Source: Candidatus Omnitrophota bacterium (GTDB lineage: Bacteria > Omnitrophota > Gorgyraeia > Zapsychrales > JAKLDJ01). Taken from it: 64,000 nt of DNA. A program made the position numbers and the translations under genes. The stretch is from contig JAKLDJ010000001.1 in assembly GCA_022703585.1 (NCBI GenBank), positions 54,891-118,890 of the forward strand, written 5' to 3'. Under the pieces are notes generated by a model. It was given only the letters and a program-made list of their open reading frames with translations, was not told the DNA's origin and did no database searches. Shown here one piece after another: positions 27,655-38,238 of the stretch (position 1 is its first letter; the number at the start of each line of letters is the position of its first letter).

Positions 27655-30516
27655 ATGAAACGCGCTATACAGATAACTGCCAGTATCCTCCTCGTTCTCC
27701 TTTTAGCCGGGGCCGGCACCCTTTTCTATATCAACAAGGCAGTTGTGCCGGTTACGATTAAGAAAGTTTTTGCAGAGAAAACCAAAGAAATGCTCGGCCG
27801 CAACCTTAGCATTTCTTCGGCCAAATTTTCCATCTTGAAAGGCTTCATCCTAAAAGATATCGTCATTTTCGAACAAGACTCGAAAACGCCTTTTATCCAC
27901 ATTGACAGTATTCGCTTTAACATTCTCTATTTTCCTATTTTTAAAGAAAAAAAAGTCATCATCCCCTCCATCACAATCGAAAAGCCGATTGTAACCATAA
28001 CCCGACGGCTGGATAATACCTGGAATTTTGACGATGCCATCATAAAGCTCACGGCTCCGCGAAACGAAAAAAATCCCTTCGCTGTCTTCATCGGCAACAT
28101 TCTTGTCAACAGAGGAAAGATCCATTTTGCCGACCAGCTCAGCAACCCCGGGATCTCCCAAACCATTGAAGACATCAGCCTTAAGGCAGGGTTATCCCTG
28201 CCGAAAAGCGCTAAGTTTTCGGCAGATGCCAAGATCGCCGATTCCCCCAAGCCTTCGGCCATACACACCGAGGGCAACTATGATTTTGTCTCAAAGACTT
28301 TAATCGCCCGCATTAATCTCGGTGAAGCAGTATTGACTAAATATGCCCAAGCCTACTATCAATCTCCCGATATCTATATTGAAAATGTCGCCTTGAAATC
28401 GGCCGATATTGTGCTGACCGTAACCGGCGATAAAATCGAAGCTCAAAACAATATCGACTTTAACCGCCTGGATATCCGAGTCGGCCCCGACAAAAAGATC
28501 TCAGGAAATCCTTTGCTTGATGTTGCCGTCCGCTACGACCCTTCCGCACAAACAAAGTTATCCTACGAAGGGTTTGTTGATGCGCGCTCCGTTGCCGTAA
28601 CCGGCATCCCCTATGCCGGGCAGGTAAAAGACGTCGCCGGCAAGATTTATTTTAAACCCGATGAAATTAAAAGCGAATCACTTACTCTTACCGTCGGCAC
28701 GGCCAAAATCCAAGCATCGGGGATGATAACCGATTTTAAGAATCCTGCCGCCGATATCCGCGCTGCTTCCCGCATTGATCTGGCAACCTTGCAAACACTT
28801 TTTCCCTCACTATTCGAGAACACAAAAATAAAACAATTAAGCGGACAAGCGTCTGTGGCCGTTGACTACAAAGGGCCGCTTGTCCCCTTTCAAATAGCAC
28901 AGTTGAATGCATCGGCAGACATCAGCAATGCAGCACTGACAACCGAGCAGATACCGGCCCCTCTCACAAAGATCTCCGGAAAAATCCAACACGCCTCGGA
29001 TTCAATTACCTTTAGAGATTTTGTCTTTTCCTTAAGCGATACCGCGATACAATTATCGGGAACGCTCACCGGCCTTAACCAGCCCGTGGCTGACATCCGT
29101 GCTTCCTCCGACGTTGATCTCCAGGCCATAAGCCTTATTTTCCCGGATATCTTTAACAAAGCGCCGATTGAAAATTTAAGCGGCCGCAGCAAAGTGGACC
29201 TTCAATACAAAGGCCCTTTAGCTACTCCCCAACAGGCCAAATTCGCTCTAACCGCCTTACTGAACAGCGTTAATCTTGATTTAAAAAACCCCGCCGCCAA
29301 ATTATCCGGCATCTCCGGAAAAGTTGAATACACGCCCAACAACGTCTCCTGGGAAAAGTTGGAACTGAATTTTAATAACACCGTTTACACGACCAACGGA
29401 ACTTTAGCCAACTTTTCTTCACCTATCGTCATGACAACGATCGAGGCAGTCGTCATGTCCCCTGATGCCAATTTGAAAACCAAGCTTAATATCTCACAAA
29501 ATTACAAAAAGTTTGAAGTCGCTTATTTAAAAGGACGCTATCTCGGTTCTGACTTCGATTTAAGCGGCGATGTTGATTTACCGGAAAATAGCGACCCCCT
29601 CTTTAGCCTGGCCGGTAAACTGTCGTTTGATCTAAAGAATTTGGGGTTAATCCCCGCCATTCCGGCTGAAACTATTAAAAACCTCAAACCCGCCGGCATC
29701 ATTACCGCCGAGGGTTCGGTAAAAAGCATCGGATCGTTAAAAGATTGGCCAAAATGGCAGATTTTGCTTAACGCCACGAGCCCTGAGATTATTTTAAACG
29801 GCTACCGCCTAAAAGAGAATTCTCTAAACTACACTCAGGACTTAGAGCAGGGCGGCTGGCTGGAAATGGCATCCCTTTTTTACAACGGGCCGCTAAAAAT
29901 CACAGCGCGCACAACCCCCTCCCAAAACAGCATACCTTATACGTTAACAGCCAATCTGGAAAAAACCGATTTAAGCCAATTAAAGGCTGACACCGTCTTT
30001 AAAGATAAAGATATTAGCGGGTATCTGGCGGCAACCCTATCAGCCCGGGGGTTATTGGATAATATACGCGGCATTGAAGGCGAAGGCGCCATTTTGATTA
30101 AAGAAGGAAGGCTTTGGCAGCTGGACCTTTTTAAAGGCCTGGCTAAATTTTTGGTTATCCCGGAATTTGACAGTATTATCGTCAAAAGTGCCGCGGGGGA
30201 TTTCACGATTGCCGACGAACGCGTTTCAACAAGCAATTTTGAGCTGGGAAGCGATTCTGTTATCCTGATGTGCGCCGGCTATGTCGATTTTGACACCAAT
30301 CTTAATTTTGATATTGCGGCCCAATTTAGCGAAGAGACCATTGCCCAGTCTCCGTCGTTAAAAAAGACTGTCACCGCATTTCTAACCCAAACCGGCGACT
30401 ATATCACCGTTAAATTAACCGGCACACTTTCAAATCCGAAGTATTCGGTCGTTCCCCTCTCCGTCAATCTCTTTAAAAAAGCCACAGGCATCCTGCAGGG
30501 AATTTTCAGTAAATAA
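27655..30516 (+). CDS. AsmA family protein (953 aa, N-terminal TM anchor)
   Basis: N-terminal signal-anchor, long repetitive beta-rich periplasmic region typical of AsmA/TamB-like proteins. Plus-strand gene divergent from the tRNA-Pro cluster. Confidence 0.55.
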   Translation: MKRAIQITASILLVLLLAGAGTLFYINKAVVPVTIKKVFAEKTKEMLGRNLSISSAKFSILKGFILKDIVIFEQDSKTPFIHIDSIRFNILYFPIFKEKKVIIPSITIEKPIVTITRRLDNTWNFDDAIIKLTAPRNEKNPFAVFIGNILVNRGKIHFADQLSNPGISQTIEDISLKAGLSLPKSAKFSADAKIADSPKPSAIHTEGNYDFVSKTLIARINLGEAVLTKYAQAYYQSPDIYIENVALKSADIVLTVTGDKIEAQNNIDFNRLDIRVGPDKKISGNPLLDVAVRYDPSAQTKLSYEGFVDARSVAVTGIPYAGQVKDVAGKIYFKPDEIKSESLTLTVGTAKIQASGMITDFKNPAADIRAASRIDLATLQTLFPSLFENTKIKQLSGQASVAVDYKGPLVPFQIAQLNASADISNAALTTEQIPAPLTKISGKIQHASDSITFRDFVFSLSDTAIQLSGTLTGLNQPVADIRASSDVDLQAISLIFPDIFNKAPIENLSGRSKVDLQYKGPLATPQQAKFALTALLNSVNLDLKNPAAKLSGISGKVEYTPNNVSWEKLELNFNNTVYTTNGTLANFSSPIVMTTIEAVVMSPDANLKTKLNISQNYKKFEVAYLKGRYLGSDFDLSGDVDLPENSDPLFSLAGKLSFDLKNLGLIPAIPAETIKNLKPAGIITAEGSVKSIGSLKDWPKWQILLNATSPEIILNGYRLKENSLNYTQDLEQGGWLEMASLFYNGPLKITARTTPSQNSIPYTLTANLEKTDLSQLKADTVFKDKDISGYLAATLSARGLLDNIRGIEGEGAILIKEGRLWQLDLFKGLAKFLVIPEFDSIIVKSAAGDFTIADERVSTSNFELGSDSVILMCAGYVDFDTNLNFDIAAQFSEETIAQSPSLKKTVTAFLTQTGDYITVKLTGTLSNPKYSVVPLSVNLFKKATGILQGIFSK

Positions 30517-30551
30517 TTTGAATCTAAATAGAGGATATTCTTTAGAAGGAA

Positions 30552-31157
30552 TTACTTTTTGCCGGCGAGATATTTCTTAAGGACTTTCTTAAATTTGGCA
30601 AGTGCCTTGGCACGGTGGCTGATTTTGGCTTTAATAACCGGGTCAAGCTCTCCAAAAGTCTTTTTATAGCGAGGAATTAAAAAAAGCGGGTCATACCCAA
30701 AACCGTTGCTGCCTTTTAATTTCAAGTCAATAACTCCAGAGCAACTCCCTTCCACCACATCAATGATTCCTTGGGCGTCCACCAGAGCGACACTGCAGCG
30801 GTAACGCGCCTGGCGCTTCTTTAAAGGCACGCCGCGCAATAGCCGCAATAATTTCTGATTATTTTTTGGGTCCGTCGCGTCAGGGCCGGAAAACCGAGCC
30901 GAATAAATGCCGGGTTCGTTTCTTAGGGCTTTGACTTGCAATCCCGAATCTTCGCCCAGAGTAAGCTTTTTTGTGTAGAGCGCGATCGTCGCCGCTTTTT
31001 TAAGGGCGTTTTCTTTAAAGGTCTTGCCGTCTTCATCGATTGTCGGCATACCGGAATAATCAGCCAGAGAAGTGACCTTTATGTCAAAATCCTTTAAAAG
31101 ATCTTTGATTTCTTCTAACTTCTTTTTATTGCGTGTGGCGACGAGAAGTTCTGTCAT
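30552..31157 (-). CDS. rdgB: Non-canonical purine NTP pyrophosphatase (RdgB/HAM1 family)
   Basis: LVATRNKKKLEEI...GFGYDPLF, the ITPase family signature. Confidence 0.85.
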   Translation of the reverse strand: MTELLVATRNKKKLEEIKDLLKDFDIKVTSLADYSGMPTIDEDGKTFKENALKKAATIALYTKKLTLGEDSGLQVKALRNEPGIYSARFSGPDATDPKNNQKLLRLLRGVPLKKRQARYRCSVALVDAQGIIDVVEGSCSGVIDLKLKGSNGFGYDPLFLIPRYKKTFGELDPVIKAKISHRAKALAKFKKVLKKYLAGKK

Positions 31158-31206
31158 TATCTAATTTCCAGTCATTATTTTAAGGGGAGCGCTTCATAAT
31201 CCCGTT

Positions 31207-31884
31207 TTACTGGGGACATTGCGCGAACTTGCAATCAGGCGGAACCCTGCCCACAGAACTGCCATCGGGACACAATTTAGCCTCTGCCGTGCACAAGACC
31301 TGTTTTTCCGCTTCTTTCCACCAGCCTCGTTTCTTCTCCATCGCCTCTTGGTGGAGTTTCTGGAACAATGCCGCATATTTTATATTTGCACCGCTAGTCA
31401 TGGGCTCAGCGTAGCCCGCTTTGATCATTGTAGAATTAACAAAAATGTAGGCATCTTCTCCAAATTTATAATCATACATTATGTTGGGCAGCACGTCACA
31501 GTGCGAGCATACCAACACATCTACATATGCCAACAATCTCCCGTTGGCATCTCTTTTTTCAACATCAAACTCCAGCCTTACCTTTTTATTCTCGACGAGA
31601 CTCTTAAGAAAGCTCATCGCCTCCTGCCCCTGCGGTAGCCGCATATATATTTCGGGATAATCAATGCCGATTAATTGCACTTTCTCGCCGTTTTCAAGTT
31701 CGAGCGTTTCCAGCCCCAAAACTCTCTTTACCGTAACATTGGAATAGATATCCGCTGATAACGGCGTTGCCCGGGTGACCGCATCCTGGGCAAAGAGCGG
31801 CGCGGCGAAAGTCAAAAAAAAGGCAAGCGCCAAAAGATTGACGCCGCCGGTGATATGCCCCATCTCATTCTTGTGAAAAAACAT
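31207..31884 (-). CDS. Secreted thermonuclease (SNase-like) with Cys-rich C-terminal tail
   Basis: Signal peptide. GEKVQLIGIDYPE matches the SNase core motif. C-terminal CxxxxxxC...CxxxxC segment. Confidence 0.7.
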   Translation of the reverse strand: MFFHKNEMGHITGGVNLLALAFFLTFAAPLFAQDAVTRATPLSADIYSNVTVKRVLGLETLELENGEKVQLIGIDYPEIYMRLPQGQEAMSFLKSLVENKKVRLEFDVEKRDANGRLLAYVDVLVCSHCDVLPNIMYDYKFGEDAYIFVNSTMIKAGYAEPMTSGANIKYAALFQKLHQEAMEKKRGWWKEAEKQVLCTAEAKLCPDGSSVGRVPPDCKFAQCPQ

Positions 31885-31892
31885 ATGCTTCT

Positions 31893-33398
31893 TTATTTTA
31901 TACTCCGCGCGCCCGGAAGAACCGCCTGGGTCACCTTGGGCAAATGGCCGTACATCTTCTTATAAAGCTCATTGTATTTATCTTTGCCGCCAACCAGCGA
32001 GCAGGTCAAAGGCATAACACGCTTGGCCTCTTTGCTCATAGCGCGAGCAACATTCTGGATATCCCATTGCGCGTGCGCGTCTTCTCTAAGACGCGACACA
32101 TGGCAAAGCTCGCGCGCGTTTAACCGCAAAAGGACACGGCGCCGATGGGCATTGGTCAAAACGTACGGCGCAGCTAGCGGAATTTCTTTTTGGATGGCCT
32201 TATAAACTTTATTTGTCTCGTCGATAATCTCCTTAAAATGTGCCTCCATGCCGATTTCTTTGATGGAATCCGGAATAGTAACGCCTAAATTGATATCATA
32301 GGGTTGCGTGGTTAAGGTCATAAGCCGGTGGCGTTTAAGCTGCCCAAAACAGGCAGCGGACAATACAACATTAAAGGTAAGATTAGCGTACTCAAATTCT
32401 CTAAGCATCGAATCATAAAATTGCATATTTTGGAGAGCAGTTTCAAATAATTTCTTCTTTTTGGTTAAAGAAAGTTTCTTGGCAATCGACCGGCACTCTT
32501 TATAGCTCCGATTGGTTGAAGCATGGAGCAGCGACGCAGCAACAATTGTATCAGCGTCTTGTGTATATTCGACCAGCTCGACTTCTTTGCCTTTTCTCTT
32601 GCCGGCAGATTTACCCGTAATACTGCCGGCAAGTTCCCGTAATTGCGGATAGGTCTTGGCGTCGCGGTCATTGGCTTCGTGGAATATAACAATGGACGGC
32701 GCGACTTCAGAAATCTGTTCGAAGAGCATTCTCCCTAAGGCCTGGACTTCAGCCAATGGGTGCGACGCGAACCGCCTTAGCAGTAATTCGAAATTGCGGG
32801 CGTTAACGGTCATTCCGACCTGTGATTCGGTTGCCAGCGCCGTGATATAGCGCGCGTCTTCCTTGGCCCAACCTTCCAGAAGATTATGATTCTTGGGATC
32901 TTGGGCAAGGTCAGCATGTTTTTTAAAGACATGCTCTTTGAGCTGCGCAAAAAACTTATGGTAGGCCCCATTTTGTTGCCGGATAACATCAATAAAAGCA
33001 TTTTCCAGGCGGGTCCCTTTGATTTCTTGGGGGATGACAAAATCTTTATCCAGTGTGATATAGCGTTGGGACTTTTCCGTATAGGAACACAAACGGAATT
33101 TTTCCACCTCTTCCATGCACAAACGCGAGACACCTAAGATGTCCAGGTTAAACACCGCGTGCTCGGCCACAGAATGATGCCCCATCTGGAAGATAATGGT
33201 TTTATTCGATTTGCGGGCACGCTCCACTTCGCCGCGGGAATCTTTACGTAATTCATTGATGGGCCGCGGGTCGCGGCTGATACGGGCATAGGCCGCCGAG
33301 AGGACTTCGGGTGTTACATCCACGCGCTTTTCTCCGCGTTCCTGCAATTCCTTAAGAACCGATGTGTCAACATTGTATCCGGCTAAATAAACTTTCAT
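31893..33398 (-). CDS. thyX: Flavin-dependent thymidylate synthase ThyX, tandem-domain (pseudo-dimeric) form
   Basis: Two ThyX-like halves. First has FRLCSYTEKSQRY (degenerate RHR...S...SxRY). Second has QLKRHRLMTLTTQ (intact RHR). Confidence 0.6.
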   Translation of the reverse strand: MKVYLAGYNVDTSVLKELQERGEKRVDVTPEVLSAAYARISRDPRPINELRKDSRGEVERARKSNKTIIFQMGHHSVAEHAVFNLDILGVSRLCMEEVEKFRLCSYTEKSQRYITLDKDFVIPQEIKGTRLENAFIDVIRQQNGAYHKFFAQLKEHVFKKHADLAQDPKNHNLLEGWAKEDARYITALATESQVGMTVNARNFELLLRRFASHPLAEVQALGRMLFEQISEVAPSIVIFHEANDRDAKTYPQLRELAGSITGKSAGKRKGKEVELVEYTQDADTIVAASLLHASTNRSYKECRSIAKKLSLTKKKKLFETALQNMQFYDSMLREFEYANLTFNVVLSAACFGQLKRHRLMTLTTQPYDINLGVTIPDSIKEIGMEAHFKEIIDETNKVYKAIQKEIPLAAPYVLTNAHRRRVLLRLNARELCHVSRLREDAHAQWDIQNVARAMSKEAKRVMPLTCSLVGGKDKYNELYKKMYGHLPKVTQAVLPGARSIK

Positions 33399-33440
33399 GC
33401 GTATCCTTTTTTAGGCGACTATCCTTTTTTCTAATTTAAT

Positions 33441-34157
33441 CTAGATCTTTAACCCCTCCAGAGACTTCTTTTGTATCTCAATCAATTCTCCTATGCCGTC
33501 TTTGGCTAAGGAAATCAAACTGTCCATCTGCTTTTTAGAAAAAGTTCTTCCCTCAGCAGTGCCTTGGATCTCGACAAACTCACTGTTGCCCAGCATCACC
33601 ACATTCATATCCACGTCAGCCTTGGAATCTTCTTCATAGGTCAAATCCAAAAGGAATTCTTTGTCCTTGATCCCGACACTCACCGCCGCCACAAAATCCG
33701 TGATCGGCATTTGGGTTATCAGGCTTTCCTTTTTTATCTTAAGAATCGCATCTGCCAAGGCAATAAACCCGCCGGTAATCGAGGCTGTCCTGGTGCCGCC
33801 GTCCGCCTGCAAGACATCACAATCGATTTTAACAGTGCGCTCGCCGAGTTTATTCATATCAACGACACTGCGCAGCGCCCGGCCGATGAGCCGCTGAATC
33901 TCAAAAGTGCGGCCGGAATTTTTGTCGCGCTGCACCCGGGTCTTGCAACTTCGCGGCAGCATGCCGTATTCCGCCGTGACCCAGCCGGTGCCGGTATTTT
34001 TTAAAAAGGGCGGGACATTTTCCTCAACAGTAGCCGTGCACATAACCCTGGTATCACCGAATTCAATCAGGCAAGAGCCTTCGGCGTATTTGGAACAGTT
34101 TTTTGTCACCTTGATTTTTCGTAACTTATCCGGCGAACGGCCGTCTTGTCGCGTCAT
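33441..34157 (-). CDS. rph: Ribonuclease PH
   Basis: GRALRSVVD..., [19 protein letters not shown] conserved RNase PH blocks. 238 aa. Confidence 0.9.
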   Translation of the reverse strand: MTRQDGRSPDKLRKIKVTKNCSKYAEGSCLIEFGDTRVMCTATVEENVPPFLKNTGTGWVTAEYGMLPRSCKTRVQRDKNSGRTFEIQRLIGRALRSVVDMNKLGERTVKIDCDVLQADGGTRTASITGGFIALADAILKIKKESLITQMPITDFVAAVSVGIKDKEFLLDLTYEEDSKADVDMNVVMLGNSEFVEIQGTAEGRTFSKKQMDSLISLAKDGIGELIEIQKKSLEGLKI

Positions 34158-34205
34158 AAAATATTCCTTTCCGGGAAAATCGTTAGCAAACTTTTAACAC
34201 CAATT

Positions 34206-34607
34206 TCAAGCCTTAGCCTGCGGGTACTCGGCCGACACTGTCGTTTGTATCCCGCCGCGGGGATTCATAACTGCCTCCACCTTCATCCAGCGCGGATTGC
34301 AGGCTTCAAGCAAGTCATCGAGTATTTTATTAACCAGATGCTCGTGAAATATCCCGACATCACGGTAGAAAATAAGGTAGAGCTTAAACGATTTTAATTC
34401 AATGCAGACTTTTGAGGGCCGGTAGCAGACCTTAATCGTCGCAAAATCCGGCAGACCTGTCTTGGGGCACACACAGGTAAATTCATTTGTCTCTATATCC
34501 ACGACATAGTCCCGGTCAGGGTATTTATTTTCCCAAACCTCTATTATAGGAGTTTTAAGATTGCGGATATTGCCCTGTAGGTTTTCGTATGTCTTTTTAT
34601 TTTTCAT
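34206..34607 (-). CDS. queF: NADPH-dependent 7-cyano-7-deazaguanine reductase (unimodular QueF)
   Basis: Catalytic Cys in FTCVCPKTGLPDF and the QueF motif ELKSFKLYL. Confidence 0.8.
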   Translation of the reverse strand: MKNKKTYENLQGNIRNLKTPIIEVWENKYPDRDYVVDIETNEFTCVCPKTGLPDFATIKVCYRPSKVCIELKSFKLYLIFYRDVGIFHEHLVNKILDDLLEACNPRWMKVEAVMNPRGGIQTTVSAEYPQAKA

Positions 34608-34610
34608 CGC

Positions 34611-35303
34611 TCACCTTAAGTTCATTAGCTTGTGCATCTGGGGTAGAATTCTAACATTATTAAGGTATTTAAGACAATCTTTTTGAAAGGCAATGCATTT
34701 TTCGAGCATACGGCCATTCATCTGAAAATAATTGGGCTGCAGGATAAATTCCAGCTTGCGGTCTTCCCGGGATACCAGCCGTGCGGCTTGGATCATGTCC
34801 TTCTTAGCCGTATCGCGGGCAATAACCGCCTTGATAAAAACATCGCGCCTGGATGCAACTCTTAGAAATTGCGCATGCTCCCTCCAAAACGGCCGGCACT
34901 TAGCCGAAGTGGGAAGTTTAATATCCATCGCGACAATATCAATGCTTTTAATGATACTTTTAAGCTCTCTATAAAAAAAACCGTTTGTATCCAGATAAAC
35001 CTTGATGCCCGCCTTCTTAAGAAGCGGCAAGAATTCCTTTAAGAATTCTGTCTGCACCAGCGGTTCGCCGCCGGTTAAGCTGACCGAATGGCAATTTTTA
35101 TAAAGCCGTTTGACCCGGAGAAAAAGTTCCCGCGCAGAATATTCGCTGAAGCGGCCTTTTTTGTCGCCCCTTGACTGCAATGTGTCACACCAGTCACAGG
35201 CCAAATTACAACCGTAAAAACGGACAAAGACCTGACGGACACCCGCGTATTTCCCCTCACCCTGGACAGATTGAAAAATCTCGGAAATCTTCGCTTTCAT
35301 CAC
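34611..35303 (-). CDS. queE: 7-carboxy-7-deazaguanine synthase (radical SAM)
   Basis: IFQSVQGEGKYAGVRQVFVRFYGCNLACDWCDT, the QueE N-terminus with CxxxCxxC-type cluster motif. Confidence 0.85.
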   Translation of the reverse strand: MMKAKISEIFQSVQGEGKYAGVRQVFVRFYGCNLACDWCDTLQSRGDKKGRFSEYSARELFLRVKRLYKNCHSVSLTGGEPLVQTEFLKEFLPLLKKAGIKVYLDTNGFFYRELKSIIKSIDIVAMDIKLPTSAKCRPFWREHAQFLRVASRRDVFIKAVIARDTAKKDMIQAARLVSREDRKLEFILQPNYFQMNGRMLEKCIAFQKDCLKYLNNVRILPQMHKLMNLR

Positions 35304-35986
35304 TGAATCACCGCGAGCAACGGATCTTTTATCCCAAGCTGGTCAAAACCTTTTTTACGCAAAATACAGCTGTCGCACCGGCCACAAGGGGTTTCCCCGC
35401 CCCGGTAACAAGACCAGGTCATCTGATAGGGAACTTTGAGGCTTAAGCCAAGTTTAATAATCTGGGATTTGTCCTTACGGATAAGCGGCGTTTTTATTTC
35501 AATGGTTTTGCCTTCCACGCCCGCCTTGATACCTTTGGCAAGAACCTGTCGAAAGGCCTTAAAAAATTCCGGGCGGCAATCGGGATAACCCGAATAATCT
35601 CTGATATTGGCGCCGATAAAAATCGCTTGGGCACCCACCGCCTCGGCGTAGGAAGCCGCGAAACTTAAGAAAATAATATTGCGGGCCGGAACGTAGGTCG
35701 CGGGAATCTTATTTTTAAGTATTTTGACAAGGTTCCGGTTTTGGGGCAGGGATATATTCTTGTCCAATAAAGCCGACCCTTTCCAGGGGAGATTGATTTT
35801 CAGCACCGTATAAACACAACCAATCTCGCGTGCTATTTTTTGAGCCACCTTTATTTCTTTTCGGTGGCGCTGACCGTAATCAAAAATAAGCGCGAAAACC
35901 TTATAGCCCTGCGCCCGGGCAAAAAAAAGCGCCGTCGTCGAATCTAACCCGCCGGATAATAAAACAACCGCCCGCTTATTATTCAT
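35300..35986 (-). CDS. queC: 7-cyano-7-deazaguanine synthase
   Basis: VVLLSGGLDSTT PP-loop, C-terminal Zn motif CGRCDSC. 4-bp overlap with queE. Confidence 0.9.
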   Translation of the reverse strand: MNNKRAVVLLSGGLDSTTALFFARAQGYKVFALIFDYGQRHRKEIKVAQKIAREIGCVYTVLKINLPWKGSALLDKNISLPQNRNLVKILKNKIPATYVPARNIIFLSFAASYAEAVGAQAIFIGANIRDYSGYPDCRPEFFKAFRQVLAKGIKAGVEGKTIEIKTPLIRKDKSQIIKLGLSLKVPYQMTWSCYRGGETPCGRCDSCILRKKGFDQLGIKDPLLAVIQ

Positions 35987-36371
35987 AGTAAGTGATGCTG
36001 GACGTGTCCGATTCCCAAACCGTGACCCTTTTCATTTTCAAAGGACGGCATTTTTTGGAGAATTCGTTAAAGATATATTTGGCCAAATGTTCCGTGGTGG
36101 GATTAACCTTCTTAAAATAAGGCAAATGATTTAAATGCACATGGTCCAGCTTCTCGAGAAAAGCCTTGAACTGTTTTTTGATAACGGCAAAATCAACCAC
36201 CATCCCAATCTTGTTTAAACGCTCGCCGGTAAATACCGCTTCCACCTTCCAGGTATGGCCGTGGAGTTTCTTGCATTTGCCTTTGTAATCAGGCAAATAG
36301 TGCGAGGCGGCAAAATCGCTTTTTATAGAAAGTTCATACATCGCTGGACCTTTTGACATTACGGATATCAT
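35979..36371 (-). CDS. queD: 6-carboxy-5,6,7,8-tetrahydropterin synthase
   Basis: PTPS-family motif CKKLHGHTWKVEAVF. Confidence 0.85.
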   Translation of the reverse strand: MISVMSKGPAMYELSIKSDFAASHYLPDYKGKCKKLHGHTWKVEAVFTGERLNKIGMVVDFAVIKKQFKAFLEKLDHVHLNHLPYFKKVNPTTEHLAKYIFNEFSKKCRPLKMKRVTVWESDTSSITYYE

Positions 36372-37143
36372 ATCCTAAAAACCGTTTGGCTAATTTACGA
36401 AAATGTTTTGGCTGGTCGCTGACCCAGAACAGGTGTTTTGGAGAATGTCTTCTGTTGTTTTCTAAGCCGGTTTCTTTTAAAAGCTTCTTAACCTCGCTGG
36501 CGACTTCTTTGGCCGAATCAACCAAGGTAACCTTGTTTCCTAAAACCTTTTGGATAACGGATCGTAAAAGCGGGTAATGGGTGCAGCCTAAGATGACCGT
36601 ATCCGCCCTCGAGGCAACAATGGGTTTCAAATATTCCCGTGCCACAGAGAAGGTCACATCATTATTAAACCATCCCTCTTCAGCCAAAGGAACAAACAAG
36701 GGGCAAGCCTGAGATGCCACCCGAATGGAGTGATTTAATTTCTTTATCCCCTTGGCATAGGCCTCGCTATTGATCGTCGCGGAAGTGGCGATAACGCCGA
36801 TTTTTTTATTTTTTGTCACTCGAACCGCTTTTTTGACACCGGGCTCGATAACACCGATAATGGGAATCCGAAACGATTGTTTTAAAAGCGGCAAGGCCAG
36901 GCTGGAAGAAGTATTGCAGGCAATAACCACCATCTTGACTTTGTTCTTAATCAGAAATAAAACATTTTCCATTGAAAACCGGACAATGGCTTCTTTGGAC
37001 TTCGTCCCGTACGGGACGCGGGCGGTATCGCCGAAATAAACAATTTTCTCATACGGCAGCTGCCGCATCAGTTCTTTAACAGCCGTTAATCCGCCTAAAC
37101 CGGAATCAAATACACCGATAGCATTTTCTTTATTGTCGAGCAC
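36334..37143 (-). CDS. murI: Glutamate racemase
   Basis: IGVFDSGLGGLTAV and CNTSSS catalytic Cys block. Confidence 0.85.
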   Translation of the reverse strand: MLDNKENAIGVFDSGLGGLTAVKELMRQLPYEKIVYFGDTARVPYGTKSKEAIVRFSMENVLFLIKNKVKMVVIACNTSSSLALPLLKQSFRIPIIGVIEPGVKKAVRVTKNKKIGVIATSATINSEAYAKGIKKLNHSIRVASQACPLFVPLAEEGWFNNDVTFSVAREYLKPIVASRADTVILGCTHYPLLRSVIQKVLGNKVTLVDSAKEVASEVKKLLKETGLENNRRHSPKHLFWVSDQPKHFRKLAKRFLGYDIRNVKRSSDV

Positions 37144-37197
37144 AAGCGTCTCCGTTAAAAAATATTTTAGAAGATCGTCAATCGTTGGATTTGTTTT

Positions 37198-38238
37198 CTA
37201 TCGGCTGGCATAACCGACAAAACCTTCCGCTAAACTGTCGGCTATCTTTTGTCGGTAGGAACTTGACTTTAACAGATCTCCTTCTTGCCTATTGGAAAGA
37301 AAACCAACCTCAACCAAGACCGCGGGGATAACGGTATTACGCAGCACCACATAACGCGCGGATTTGCTGCCGCGGTTTTTTGAATTAATCGCATCCGCCG
37401 TATTGCGGGTAATATATTCCGCCAGCCGGCTGCTCTCGGCCTGCTTGTAAGCAGCCATCATCGACGACACAATACCCTCAAGAGCCGAATCATTTTTCTG
37501 CATAGAAAAATGGTTAAAGGCCATTTTGTAATTTTTGTTCATCTCCACGTCATACGGGGAAACCTCATCAGCCCCTTTAAGATAATAGACCTCGAATCCG
37601 CTGGCACTCCTGGCCCGGCTGGCATTGGCGTGAATACTGATAAACAGATCCGCCCCCGACCGGGCAGCTATCCGGGGACGCTCTTCCAGAGAAAGAAAAG
37701 TATCGCCGTCCCGGGTCATAATAACTTTAATGCCTTTCCCTTCAAGTTCCTGCTTTAAGCGTTTAGCAATATCCAAAACAACTTCTTTTTCTTTTAATCC
37801 GTCCCGTCCGATAGCCCCGGGGTCCTGGCCGCCGTGGCCCGGGTCGATAACAACCGCACGGAATTTCTTGAGCGTGTAATCAAATTTTTGCGTCAAGCGG
37901 TCAATCACCTTGTGCTTAAAATCCGGCGGGACAAGAATCGTGCCCCGGTCCATCTTTAATGGAGCGCTTAATTTTATTTTTTCATCCCCCATGACAATAA
38001 GGTCGCTGCCGGCCATCGCCTTGGCCTTAAGACCCTGACGGGTCAACGTAACCACTTGACTCACGCTGTCCCATTCCCATTGAACGTCGTAGCGCTGGCA
38101 TAAGTCCTTAAGGACGGCTTCTTCGGGCGAGACAGAAATCGGGGCAGTGGCGCAGCCGTAAACCGATAGCGCTAAGATAATCAACAGCGCTATTTTTATT
38201 CTACCTTTCGGAAAATTTGATGGATTATAATTTCTCAT
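37198..38238 (-). CDS. N-acetylmuramoyl-L-alanine amidase (AmiC-like, N-terminal AMIN-type domain)
   Basis: Lipoprotein signal. VIDPGHGGQDPGAIG Amidase_3 motif. Confidence 0.8.
   Translation of the reverse strand: MRNYNPSNFPKGRIKIALLIILALSVYGCATAPISVSPEEAVLKDLCQRYDVQWEWDSVSQVVTLTRQGLKAKAMAGSDLIVMGDEKIKLSAPLKMDRGTILVPPDFKHKVIDRLTQKFDYTLKKFRAVVIDPGHGGQDPGAIGRDGLKEKEVVLDIAKRLKQELEGKGIKVIMTRDGDTFLSLEERPRIAARSGADLFISIHANASRARSASGFEVYYLKGADEVSPYDVEMNKNYKMAFNHFSMQKNDSALEGIVSSMMAAYKQAESSRLAEYITRNTADAINSKNRGSKSARYVVLRNTVIPAVLVEVGFLSNRQEGDLLKSSSYRQKIADSLAEGFVGYASR

Noticed and set aside
34206-36371. preQ1 riboswitch upstream of the que operon
   Set aside because: queD overlaps murI by 38 bp and there is no leader region. 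No preQ1-I/II core motif seen.
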